64,000 nucleotides of DNA from the NCBI GenBank assembly GCA_965222235.1, contig OZ244939.1, positions 323,396 to 387,395 on the forward strand, written 5' to 3'. Positions within the stretch are counted from its first letter, which is position 1, and each line of letters begins with the position of its first letter. The notes under the pieces were generated by a model. The model had not been told where the DNA came from. It made no database searches and was given only the letters and a program-made list of their open reading frames with translations. The translations under genes were made by a program, and so were the position numbers. Of this stretch, positions 1 through 8,416 are shown one piece after another. The stretch is from Minisyncoccota bacterium (lineage in GTDB: Bacteria > Patescibacteriota > Minisyncoccia > Phycocordibacterales > JABAAK01).

Positions 1-171
1 AATCCGCGTGCCGTCATTGCCGTATGCGACATGCTGCACGTTGACCTTGTGACCGGCCGGCAGAGCAAGCTCAAATGCGACCGGAATGAAGCCGTCGGAT
101 TCCTGTGCGGATACGGTTGTGCCGCACCAGCAAAGGAAGACAGCGCATACCGCTGCTGGTATGTTTTTCAT
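1..171 (-). CDS. Secreted hypothetical protein, N-terminal part (runs off the window)
   Basis: ATG at 171 with SD GAGGGG upstream; open to the window edge: MKNIPAAVCAVFLCWCGTTVSAQESDGF..., a signal-peptide-like start. Not in the ORF track. Confidence 0.7.
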   Translation of the reverse strand, partial: MKNIPAAVCAVFLCWCGTTVSAQESDGFIPVAFELALPAGHKVNVQHVAYGNDGTRI

Positions 172-224
172 GTTCAACCCCCTCGCTGTTGGGAACCATT
201 CCACGCCCACAAAACAGGCTGGAT

Positions 225-265
225 TCTAGTATATATATTACAATATATCTATATTTAAGTCAATA
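225..265 (-). repeat. 41-bp inverted repeat, left copy, containing promoter TTGACT-N17-TAATAT
   Basis: Exact reverse complement of 1183-1223; extends to 46 bp with one mismatch. Confidence 0.95.
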
Positions 266-274
266 CACCGTTCA

Positions 275-303
275 TTGCATATTTTGTTAATATGTTGTAT
301 AAT
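275..303 (+). promoter_or_regulatory. Sigma70 promoter TTGCAT-N17-TATAAT
   Basis: Near-consensus hexamers at 17-nt spacing, upstream of SD GGAG and ATG 340. Confidence 0.7.
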
Positions 304-339
304 ATGTTTACATGCTCTTTTGACAACATGGAGAAAAAC

Positions 340-1084
340 CATGCTCCCAGCCACAAAAAAGGCGCTGAAATACATCGGCTCCGTGCTGCTGTGCAGTCTG
401 GCGATCGTTGGTGCTGCATACCTGACGATAATCTGTGATCTGTGGCAGACGACAGATGATGTCTCGGTCACGGTGATCCAAACGCCACCTGTCGTAGAAG
501 ACATCGCCGTACCCGTCAGGGTTACGAAGGTGGAGGTGTTTGAAACGCTATCTTCCTGCGGCACATATTCAGAAATCCTGTATATTCAGGATGGTTTGGA
601 TATGACGGGCGAACCCGTCTACCGGCCCGAGAACAACAAACAGAATATCCGGGCATGGGAATGCGGGATGCGGGATGCGCTGAAACGTATTCTCTCGCAG
701 GCAAGAATCAAGGTGGTGGTTTTTGACCCCCACAAGCAGGTTATTGACCGGCACCCGGTTCTTCCGTACCTCAAAGGATTCCCACCGGTTGCGGAGGGAA
801 TGGAGCAGTACCTCCTTCGGGGCATCGGCCCGCGCGAGGACTGGATGTTACAGCGATATCAGGTGCTCAGCACGCCGCTGTGCCTGGAACGCCTGTCATC
901 TCTGGGGTGGAACCGGAACGGTACCATTGACTCGTGCACCTTTCTTGCTGTGCAGGGCGCTGAGGGTATTCGGAAGAACACCTTTCAATCCCTGCAGACC
1001 AGGAAGATCGCGCCTGGGTACTGGCCGGATCTCAGCATCAGGGAGGTACAGCTGTTTTTCGGCCTCCCGATGCGGAGGATATGA
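340..1084 (+). CDS. Membrane-anchored hypothetical protein
   Basis: SD GGAG before ATG 340; N-terminal hydrophobic helix; terminator follows. Confidence 0.75.
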
Positions 1085-1115
1085 TCTCGCAGTTGCGGAG
1101 GATGTGATCTCGCAG
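1071..1115 (+). repeat. 22-bp tandem duplication spanning the stop codon
   Basis: TGCGGAGGATATGATCTCGCAG (1071-1092) and TGCGGAGGATGTGATCTCGCAG (1094-1115). Confidence 0.85.
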
Positions 1116-1123
1116 CCAAACTT

Positions 1124-1154
1124 AAAGAGCCCTTGCCACAAGGGCTCTTTTTTT
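1124..1154 (+). terminator. Intrinsic terminator
   Basis: AAAGAGCCCTTG-CCA-CAAGGGCTCTTT followed by a T-tract. Confidence 0.85.
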
Positions 1155-1182
1155 GTGAATTGCACACAAATATCTCACTATA

Positions 1183-1223
1183 TATTGACTTAAATATAGA
1201 TATATTGTAATATATATACTAGA
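1183..1223 (+). repeat. 41-bp inverted repeat, right copy, containing promoter TTGACT-N17-TAATAT
   Basis: TATTGACTTAAATATAGATATATTGTAATATATATACTAGA; -35 at 1185-1190, -10 at 1208-1213. Confidence 0.95.
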
Positions 1224-1253
1224 GTCCACCCCCTACAGAAAGGAGCGGCTACC

Positions 1254-1646
1254 ATGAAAAAAACATCGTCCTCCCCGGAACCCGGGAGAACCGCTGTACG
1301 CAAAAGGTTGTTGTGGGTATTCATGATTCTCACCATCCTGTTCCTCATCACCTATTTCATTGCTGACAGGTATTACTATCATCCCGCAACCGGCGTCGGC
1401 ACGACCTCGCCGCCGGAGAGACCTCTCTATGAGGAACAGGCCCAGAAACAGCCTGCTGCGGACGGAAATCGCGAGGAGCCGGCGGCGGAAAACGCACAGC
1501 CCGTCATTCCGAAACTGGACCTCAAGATTCTCAATAGCCCCAAAAAAGATCTGGGCATGGGGACGCAGATGTACCACAGGAACGATGGGCGGGGGGTTGC
1601 CGCGCTGCTGATTCTTGCCACCATTGCAAAGATGTACCGTGGATAG
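1254..1646 (+). CDS. Membrane-anchored hypothetical protein
   Basis: SD AAGGAG; TM helix LLWVFMILTILFLITYFIA; P/E/Q-rich linker. C-terminus uncertain because of homopolymer runs. Confidence 0.7.
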   Translation: MKKTSSSPEPGRTAVRKRLLWVFMILTILFLITYFIADRYYYHPATGVGTTSPPERPLYEEQAQKQPAADGNREEPAAENAQPVIPKLDLKILNSPKKDLGMGTQMYHRNDGRGVAALLILATIAKMYRG

Positions 1647-1717
1647 CTCGCCGGTGTACACTACTGTGTTCCGGAACCGTTGATCACCGCTCCATATCGG
1701 ACATTTGTAATGCTATA

Positions 1718-1750
1718 TAAAGGCGCATCCGTCAGGGTGCGCCTTATTTT
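1718..1750 (+). terminator. Intrinsic terminator, copy 1 of a repeated hairpin
   Basis: TAAAGGCGCATCC-GTCA-GGGTGCGCCT-TATTTT. Confidence 0.85.
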
Positions 1751-1848
1751 CATACCCTGACTATCCCTCTATTTCTTTACTTTTTTAGATAATATGGTAT
1801 AATATAACCAGACCAAACCCAATCTCTTAACCGAGAGGAGTCCTGACC

Positions 1849-2523
1849 ATGGGAAAATCCTTGGTGAAATTTCACCCCAACCCCCCGATGGTGCCGTGGA
1901 CCCCGCAGCAGCGGCAACATGCACCGTCAGATTCACAGGATCCGCAGACCGAACAGCGGCACCCCTCACCCTCCCCGAAGAAGAACTGGTGGCTACGTGC
2001 AACCGCGAGCGTCACAGCTATCGCCCTGATGCTGACCGCCGGCTTCCTGTGGTGGCCGACGGACGGAATACAGTTCCTCGCCGCGCAGGCCGAGGTGGCG
2101 GAACGCCACAACGCCTGTGATGACATCCGCCATCTGTGGGAAGAGCACACGAGTGCCCAGACCCACAACATGAGGGACAATGTCATCACATTCGTCTCAC
2201 CGGTATGGTGCCAGTACAACTTCGTGCTGGGCCAAAAGTTCAGGGAGAAGATCAACGGCGGAGCGGCGGTCGCGGAACAGAGCCTTCACATCAGAACTGA
2301 GAGCTACAATCTCCAGGTCACCGCACAGTACTGCGCGGATGAATCCGAGTACCAGACCTCTTCTTCCCCGATCAGTCGTATGTGCACCGGACTGTGGAAA
2401 ATCATGAGAGGAAAACCGGAATCTGTCGTCCGCACAAACGCAAAGACGACCAGGAACGGACTTCCCCAGATCTACATGAAGGACATAGAGATGATCCTCG
2501 GGAAAAGAATCAGAATCCCCTGA
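1849..2523 (+). CDS. Membrane-anchored, Cys-containing hypothetical protein
   Basis: Promoter TTTACT-N16-TATAAT (1776-1803); SD GAGGAG; Pro/Gln-rich N-terminus, one TM helix, four Cys in the downstream domain. Confidence 0.75.
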   Translation: MGKSLVKFHPNPPMVPWTPQQRQHAPSDSQDPQTEQRHPSPSPKKNWWLRATASVTAIALMLTAGFLWWPTDGIQFLAAQAEVAERHNACDDIRHLWEEHTSAQTHNMRDNVITFVSPVWCQYNFVLGQKFREKINGGAAVAEQSLHIRTESYNLQVTAQYCADESEYQTSSSPISRMCTGLWKIMRGKPESVVRTNAKTTRNGLPQIYMKDIEMILGKRIRIP

Positions 2524-2537
2524 CTTTTTTGACTCTT

Positions 2538-2573
2538 TAAAGGCGCATCCACAAGGGTGCGCCTGCTTTTTTT
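2538..2573 (+). terminator. Intrinsic terminator, copy 2 of a repeated hairpin
   Basis: TAAAGGCGCATCC-ACAA-GGGTGCGCCT-GCTTTTTTT; stem identical to 1718-1744. Confidence 0.85.
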
Positions 2574-2592
2574 AAACACACTAACATTCGGG

Positions 2593-3273
2593 CTACGGAT
2601 AGCATATATCAGGAAATGTATCACAATCAATAGCTGGTGAATCCCCTTCGTCCGGACCTCCGACCGGCTGTCCACCGTCAACCGGCTGTCCACCGTCAAC
2701 CGGCTGTCCACCGTCAACCGGCTGTTCACCGTCAACCGGCTGTCCACCGTTATGAGGATTGGGTCTGAGGCCGTCATCAGGGGGAATGACTGTTCCGGGC
2801 GGATCAGTGGGGATGATTGTTCCGGGCGGATCAGTGGGGATGATTGTTCCGGGCGGATCAGTGGGGATGATTGTTCCGGGCGGATCAGTACCACCTTTCG
2901 GCAGGATAAAAGAAAATATCTTGGGGGATCCGACTCGTTCGCCGAACAGCACGAGGCTGAAGAAATGAACAATTCCCCACACACTAACCAACACGAAAAT
3001 GGCCAATAGTCCCCAGAATATTTTATTTCTCGCCTCTTCCAACTTATTACTCCCGCTATTTTGGATAAAAGTGGCAATACCCCAAAAGAAAAAGAGGAAC
3101 GCGGCGGTAACAGCCAAAATTATGAGAATATCAAATACGGTAAGAATCGCGGACAGGGTATCAACAACTCTCTGCACTTCCACCTCGGCGGGCGTTTTCG
3201 TTTGCCCGTGTGCGATGACTGGAAATGCGAGCGTAGTACTTCCGATGACAGAAAAAAGGTATATCTTTTTCAT
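2593..3273 (-). CDS. VirB2/TrbC-like CPR pilin with Pro-rich repeat tail
   Basis: Signal peptide, two TM helices and FFFWG...EEARNKIFWGLLAIFVLVSVWGIV motif; tail of TDPPGTIIP and GGQPVD repeats. Confidence 0.75.
   Translation of the reverse strand: MKKIYLFSVIGSTTLAFPVIAHGQTKTPAEVEVQRVVDTLSAILTVFDILIILAVTAAFLFFFWGIATFIQNSGSNKLEEARNKIFWGLLAIFVLVSVWGIVHFFSLVLFGERVGSPKIFSFILPKGGTDPPGTIIPTDPPGTIIPTDPPGTIIPTDPPGTVIPPDDGLRPNPHNGGQPVDGEQPVDGGQPVDGGQPVDGGQPVGGPDEGDSPAIDCDTFPDICYP
2663..2750 (-). repeat. 18-bp tandem repeat x5 (GGQPVD)
   Basis: ACCGGCTGTCCACCGTCA units. Confidence 0.9.
2782..2889 (-). repeat. 27-bp tandem repeat x4 (TDPPGTIIP)
   Basis: GGGGATGATTGTTCCGGGCGGATCAGT units. Confidence 0.9.
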
Positions 3274-3361
3274 TACGAACAGTATAGCAACAAATATCGA
3301 CGGATGATGTTTTTTCCATACCGCGAAACTGGTTATTGAAATTGAACCATTGGCGGGGCGG

Positions 3362-3727
3362 TCACCTTACCCCTCCCGGCGAAGTTGGAGACGGTCGCTC
3401 TACCTCTCCCGGCGTTCGCCGTACCAATTCATATTCACCGAACTCCACATCTTTTGGCTTCAGATCAATATCAGAGTTCGCCAGCCTGCTGATAAAGCTG
3501 AATATAGTGTAAATGGAGAATATGATGAAGATGCCGAATATAATGATGGCCATCCGTTTAAACATCTCTCCCCGCTCGCTCGCCGAGTCGGCATTGTGGA
3601 TAAATCGGATGGCGGCGAAAATAAATAGCAGGAGAGCCAGGAACGCCATGAGGGCGATGAGAGGATCAACTAAGATAGTGATAATCCTGTTTCCGAACTC
3701 TGCCGCTGAAAATGCGTATACTTCCAT
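3362..3727 (-). CDS. VirB2-like pilin / small membrane protein
   Basis: Two TM helices joined by the loop FIHNADSASERGEMFKRM, as in CPR pilin-like proteins. Confidence 0.65.
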   Translation of the reverse strand: MEVYAFSAAEFGNRIITILVDPLIALMAFLALLLFIFAAIRFIHNADSASERGEMFKRMAIIIFGIFIIFSIYTIFSFISRLANSDIDLKPKDVEFGEYELVRRTPGEVERPSPTSPGGVR

Positions 3728-3768
3728 ATATGTATATACTACCTCACTTTAATGAATGTATATCCCCC

Positions 3769-4239
3769 CTATTCACTGCCGAGACCCGCACAGCTTCTGT
3801 CTTGTACATCAATATAATCGGTTCTGAACTGTTTCGGATTGCCGTTAGTACTGTCGGCACAATAGGCGTTGGCGCCCTTCGCCGTGCTCAGCGCAAAGTT
3901 CTCAAATATAACGAAAGTATTGTTTGAGGTGTTAACAATACAGTACAGCACGCCGATTGATGCTCCTGTTTCATTTTCTTCCGTGCTGATCCGATCACTT
4001 GTTTCAACGGCAACGGATCCGGATGGGCATATATAACTCGCCTCCACATTTTCTCTCACGGCAACCTCGTATGTTACCAACATCTCTCTCACCGATTGCG
4101 ATACATTAAACTGCGCCTTTTTCCTCTGCGCATTCGGCACTTCATCCGACAGATTGCCGATGATGATGGTGGCGAGGATGCCGATGATCGCGATGACGAT
4201 GAGCAACTCAACCAAAGTAAAGCCTTTATTTCTTATCAT
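3769..4239 (-). CDS. Type IV pilin
   Basis: KG/FTLVELLIVIAIIGILA prepilin cleavage and methylation motif; start trimmed to MIRNKG. Confidence 0.9.
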   Translation of the reverse strand: MIRNKGFTLVELLIVIAIIGILATIIIGNLSDEVPNAQRKKAQFNVSQSVREMLVTYEVAVRENVEASYICPSGSVAVETSDRISTEENETGASIGVLYCIVNTSNNTFVIFENFALSTAKGANAYCADSTNGNPKQFRTDYIDVQDRSCAGLGSE

Positions 4240-4285
4240 GTTGTGTATACCTATTTTCAGAGTGTTGTGAAACATCGTCTGTGCA

Positions 4286-4747
4286 TTAATCAAGATCCTC
4301 GCATGTATCATCCGCAGGATTACTGTTGTCGGTCTCAACCTTCCTCGGGTTGTTGTCCTCAGAATCTGCGCAGTATGCATTGGCATCAGTTTCCCCTATT
4401 GTTTTAAAGTTCTCAAAGATAACAAATTCATTGTCCGATGAATCAAGTATGCAGTACAGCACACCGATTGATGTTCCTGTTTCATTTACTTCTTCGGTGT
4501 CGTCGTCATCGGCACCCGAAACCGTAACAGAACCGGAAGGACATTCATAGTCCGCATCAGGATTATCTCTCACCGCTATTTCATGCTTGGTAATAACACC
4601 CCTCACTGCCTGTGCTACATTGAACTGAGCTTTCTTCTTCTGAGCATTACTGGTCTGATCCGTTAATGTGACAACAATGATGGAGGCGAGAATACCGATA
4701 ATCGCCACGACAATGAGCAACTCTATTAATGTGAACCCTTTCTTCAT
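4286..4747 (-). CDS. Type IV pilin (close paralog of 3769-4239)
   Basis: MKKG/FTLIELLIVVAIIGILA; shares NAQxKKAQFNV, CPSGSV and AYCADS. Confidence 0.9.
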   Translation of the reverse strand: MKKGFTLIELLIVVAIIGILASIIVVTLTDQTSNAQKKKAQFNVAQAVRGVITKHEIAVRDNPDADYECPSGSVTVSGADDDDTEEVNETGTSIGVLYCILDSSDNEFVIFENFKTIGETDANAYCADSEDNNPRKVETDNSNPADDTCEDLD

Positions 4748-4926
4748 ATATGCTGTTGGCAAATTAGTATGTGTGTAGTATACCCTATCTCACGGCTTCT
4801 ATGGAAAAACATACTGTCATTCGCATCTGAGGTGAATAAAACTGATCTTGTGCACATCATCAAGAATAAAAGAAAACACTCCCAACATGATTAGAAGTGT
4901 TCTCTTTATAAAGTGGGTTTTGTTGA

Positions 4927-5517
4927 CTACGATCCGACACCGTCTGTTCCATCATCACACTTAGCCGTATTTATGTGAGCAGCTGTTTCAGGTACACTGG
5001 TCAACTTACTGGTACCAACGCTACCGTATGAATCTAGGCAAAAGTATTTTGCGGAATCCTCAGATAATTGACCCCACACTGCCCAACCACCTTTATTAGA
5101 AGCACAACCATACCGTATTGTGTTACCAGTGACAGGAGCAGTGCCTTGAGCAACGGCTGCTGCAGCATCAGTGGCATCTACAAAAGGAGCTATGTACATA
5201 TTTACTTGTGTAGTACCGCTGCCCGTTGTTACAGTATTACTTGCCTGACCTTTTACTGTTTCAAATATAGTGTCCATAATACTTTTAACAGACTCAAGCG
5301 TACAGACTGTGCTCTGTTGGAAACTTGAAAGATTATTAGCTGCTTCATTACTCACCGCTGTAGCAACGGATCGCAAGTTAGATTTCAATGCTGCATCACT
5401 CGCCTTTGACCCTTGCCCGGTAAGCGAAACAACTACGATTGATGCCAATATACCAATGATGGCCACGACAATGAGCAACTCTATTAATGTGAATCCTTTT
5501 TTCATATTTATTTTCAT
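4927..5517 (-). CDS. Type IV pilin, probable major pilin
   Basis: G/FTLIELLIVVAIIGILAS; YFCLDS C-terminal motif; AT-rich codon usage and a downstream hairpin (~4871-4905). Confidence 0.9.
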   Translation of the reverse strand: MKINMKKGFTLIELLIVVAIIGILASIVVVSLTGQGSKASDAALKSNLRSVATAVSNEAANNLSSFQQSTVCTLESVKSIMDTIFETVKGQASNTVTTGSGTTQVNMYIAPFVDATDAAAAVAQGTAPVTGNTIRYGCASNKGGWAVWGQLSEDSAKYFCLDSYGSVGTSKLTSVPETAAHINTAKCDDGTDGVGS

Positions 5518-5546
5518 ATTACTTTATAATATTTTACCATGCGTCT

Positions 5547-5993
5547 TTACCGTGTAAGTGAGTTCAGTGTTCCGGTACAATACTTATCATTGGCATCAAT
5601 CTCTGTCTCCGAAATGTCCGAAGTTATATCTTTTGGCGTCGGGCTATTTTTATCCGCACACCAAACCGAAAGGTTGGTCGGGGTTGCTCTTGAGTATACC
5701 TCAAAGACCAAGAAATCTCCGCTGGTGTCTATATTCCTACAGTATAAAACACTTTCCTGTGCGATGTTATCCACGATCGACGCAGTTCCTTGAGGACAAG
5801 CAACATCAACCTTACCTTCAGCAGCTTGTTTGATAAACATTGTTCTTACGGCTTGAGCAACATTGGCTTTTGCTTTATTCTTTCTTGCTGTCTCTGATGA
5901 ATCACCTAATGAGATAACAACAATACCGGCGAGTATCCCTATAATAGAAACCACAATCAGAAGCTCAATGAGCGTGAAACCTTTAGCCTGCAT
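5547..5993 (-). CDS. Type IV pilin
   Basis: KG/FTLIELLIVVSIIGILA; WCAD motif. Confidence 0.9.
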   Translation of the reverse strand: MQAKGFTLIELLIVVSIIGILAGIVVISLGDSSETARKNKAKANVAQAVRTMFIKQAAEGKVDVACPQGTASIVDNIAQESVLYCRNIDTSGDFLVFEVYSRATPTNLSVWCADKNSPTPKDITSDISETEIDANDKYCTGTLNSLTR

Positions 5994-6108
5994 GCACTCC
6001 TAATGTTACTGTATGTGGGATAATAACACAAGGGGCTGGTGGCGGGATATTGTGGAAAATGTCCACCCACTCCTATCAATACTCAAAAAAACATACATGG
6101 GCCGAGGG

Positions 6109-6418
6109 TTAATCAAAAGCATTCAGAAGCGTCGTTGTCTTGAGCAAATCGGCATCAATCCCTCTAGATATCAGACAATTATTGTAATATGTGTGCCATA
6201 CCTTGGTTTTATACCATGTTCCTTCCTTTCTGTTTTCGGCACAAGATATTTGAACTGCTTCGGACACATCATCCTCACTGCAGGTGAGGGTATTGAAGTG
6301 ATGTATTGCCGCTTTTGTGCTGAAATTCGCGCACAAAGCAGCTACCGAAGCCAGTCTAATTTCATACCACCAAAAGATACCGATACCACTTAAATGAGAA
6401 CACGGTTTCCCGCTTCAT
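6109..6418 (-). pseudogene. Frameshifted membrane-anchored protein
   Basis: ATG 6418 (MKRETVF) shifts into a frame reading LSGIGIFWWYEIR...YYNNCLISRGI. Confidence 0.5.
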
Positions 6419-6464
6419 TCACAATATACCGCATATATAAAACTGTGCAGATACACAATAACGA

Positions 6465-6497
6465 GCCCCCCTGCACACAGATGCGTACAGGGGGGGC
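6465..6497 (-). terminator. GC-rich hairpin downstream of the beta-barrel-like gene
   Basis: CCCCCCTG...CAGGGGGG stem; weak U-tract. Confidence 0.55.
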
Positions 6498-6529
6498 AAA
6501 GCCCACGAAAAACGGGCTCGGACGAATCA

Positions 6530-7366
6530 TCAGAGGCCGAACGGGATTCGAATTTCGGCAGTCGCCGAAAGCTCGTCCTCCAAATCATCAGGCATGAAGG
6601 CGTTCGTGACGCTTGCGCCGACCTCAAAGTGGTTGAACGCGTGCCGTATCGAAACACCGACCCGGGGCGTGAGGTCGTCATCATCGCCTTCCGAAAGATC
6701 AACGGTGCCCAGAGAGGTCTTGGCCTCGTTGCTGAGCTCCTTGTCCAGATGCCCACTGATACGGAACGAGGTCGTTTCTCCCAGAGCGAACGCGTGAGTT
6801 GCCGTCACACCGACGCTCGTTCCGGAGAATGACTTGATCTGCGGAAACGGATCGTCGGCATACTGGTAGGCGATGCGGGCATAGATGTTCTTGTGCCCCG
6901 CTTCCCCGTAAATGCCCATCGAATCGATGTCGTCAAGGGTCCGCTTCATGCCCTTCTTGAACCCCACCGCCACGTTGGCGAAGAGATCCTCAAACCCAGG
7001 ACCGGAGGAATTGATGCCGAGACCGACATTGACGTATGACGGATCGCCGTCAACGGCGGGAAAACCGCTGACCTCATGCTCGGCAGACACAGCAGCCCCG
7101 GCATTCCCGAACACGGAAAACGTGTCGTTCAGACCGAAAATGACGGTGCCGCTGAGACCGGCGTTGTGGTAGTCCTCCGCGAAAACGGTTGAGGCACCGA
7201 TTGACCCCCGGCTCTCAGTGCCGGTACAACCGCCTTCATAGCCGGGGATGCCGGGAAAAACAGCGAGACCGTCGTGTCCGGCAACCGACTGATCGTCAGC
7301 CAAGGCTGCCGTCCCCAGGGAACAGAACAGCACAAGAGCCGTCGAAACCGCGAGTAAGTGTTTCAT
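6530..7366 (-). CDS. Outer-membrane beta-barrel-like secreted protein
   Basis: Signal peptide ending ALA; many alternating amphipathic strands (YVNVGLGI, IYARIAYQY, PRVGVSIRHAF, FEVGASVTN); C-terminal strand ATAEIRIPF; SD AAGGAG. Confidence 0.65.
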   Translation of the reverse strand: MKHLLAVSTALVLFCSLGTAALADDQSVAGHDGLAVFPGIPGYEGGCTGTESRGSIGASTVFAEDYHNAGLSGTVIFGLNDTFSVFGNAGAAVSAEHEVSGFPAVDGDPSYVNVGLGINSSGPGFEDLFANVAVGFKKGMKRTLDDIDSMGIYGEAGHKNIYARIAYQYADDPFPQIKSFSGTSVGVTATHAFALGETTSFRISGHLDKELSNEAKTSLGTVDLSEGDDDDLTPRVGVSIRHAFNHFEVGASVTNAFMPDDLEDELSATAEIRIPFGL

Positions 7367-7432
7367 CCTTCACGCTCCTTTTGCATGTGAAATTGAACGA
7401 GCAGACCTGGCTCAGAAACCGAACCTGTATGA

Positions 7433-7461
7433 ATTATAGACAGTTATTGAAGAAATGTCAA
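7433..7461 (-). promoter_or_regulatory. Perfect consensus sigma70 promoter TTGACA-N17-TATAAT
   Basis: Minus strand reads TTGACA TTTCTTCAATAACTGTC TATAAT. Confidence 0.9.
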
Positions 7462-7590
7462 TCAGCACAGAATCTCTGCAACCGACGAATATTCTGCCGA
7501 AAACCTGCTATTTCATCGGCAGAACAGCCCGCACAAAACCATCCAAAAGGCACCGCCCAGGGACCGTAAATATGAGAAATACAATCCTGA

Positions 7591-7983
7591 TTAAGTCTTA
7601 TTGGTAACAGTTGGCAATTGGATTGGATTGGTTTTTCCCGCGTCAATACCGATTACATTTCTGATGAATATAATGATTCCCCACAGTGACGTTAGCACCA
7701 CAAGCGCTATGACTCCCCACATCATCCCTCTCTTTGCCTCATCTTTCTTTTCACCGCCGCCGAGAACATAGGTACCGAGATTCCAAAAGAAATACAAAAA
7801 TGCCAACGCCACCGCAATGGCCGTGGCAGTATTAACAAGTTTCCCAAAAGCGGCAAGGTTCGCTTGAAGATCTCCAAATTGGTTCTCCGTCGCCGCCAGG
7901 GTGACACAGGTCGTCGAAATGATAAGTACGGGGGCCAGCAGAACCATGCCCCACATTTGTATATTTTTCACTACTATTTTCAT
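7591..7983 (-). CDS. VirB2-like CPR pilin
   Basis: LYFFWNL...EKKDEAKRGMMWGVIALVVLTSLWGII motif. Confidence 0.8.
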   Translation of the reverse strand: MKIVVKNIQMWGMVLLAPVLIISTTCVTLAATENQFGDLQANLAAFGKLVNTATAIAVALAFLYFFWNLGTYVLGGGEKKDEAKRGMMWGVIALVVLTSLWGIIIFIRNVIGIDAGKTNPIQLPTVTNKT

Positions 7984-8089
7984 AATATAAATTTTGACTA
8001 AAATTTTAGTAACATTGCCGGCACTTTCAACTATACACCCATGATATCTACTCAATAGACAGTTGTTAAACATATGTGGAAAACTCCCT

Positions 8090-8416
8090 CTATCCGCCGA
8101 AAAATAGCCGTATTATCTCCAGCATCCCCCACAGTGAAAAGACCAGCAACAGAATGAGCACCGGGTACAGAAGTCGCTTTTTCGCCAGCCCCGCAAGACC
8201 TTTCTCCCCCCGATTGGCCGCGAGTATATATGAAGCAATACTTATCACAAACACGAGAAAGAGCAGCGCGATGGCCAACGGTATAAGCACCCCTCCAACC
8301 ACCTGTATCACGGAATTAACAATGCTGCTGAGCGTCTGGGCCGAGGCGGTCTGCGGGATACTGATCCCCAGCACGATGCACATCCATACGCTGCTCTGTT
8401 CTACCGCCCACCTCAT
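8090..8416 (-). CDS. VirB2-like pilin
   Basis: Signal peptide ending ASA, two TM helices, FSLWG motif. Confidence 0.7.
   Translation of the reverse strand: MRWAVEQSSVWMCIVLGISIPQTASAQTLSSIVNSVIQVVGGVLIPLAIALLFLVFVISIASYILAANRGEKGLAGLAKKRLLYPVLILLLVFSLWGMLEIIRLFFGG

Noticed and set aside
1644-1760. Stop-codon readthrough of TAG in 1254-1646
   Set aside because: The downstream frame runs through the terminator; no recoding evidence; an upstream indel is equally possible.
1124-2573. Cassette hairpins as integron attC sites
   Set aside because: No RYYYAAC/GTTRRRY ends; short perfect stems with U-tracts fit terminators; no integrase.
2663-2889. Short tandem repeats as a CRISPR array
   Set aside because: No unique spacers; units are codon multiples inside a CDS; no cas genes.
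3769-4747. Similar pilin genes as a diversity-generating retroelement template/variable pair
   Set aside because: Differences are not confined to adenines, both are intact genes, and no reverse transcriptase is present.
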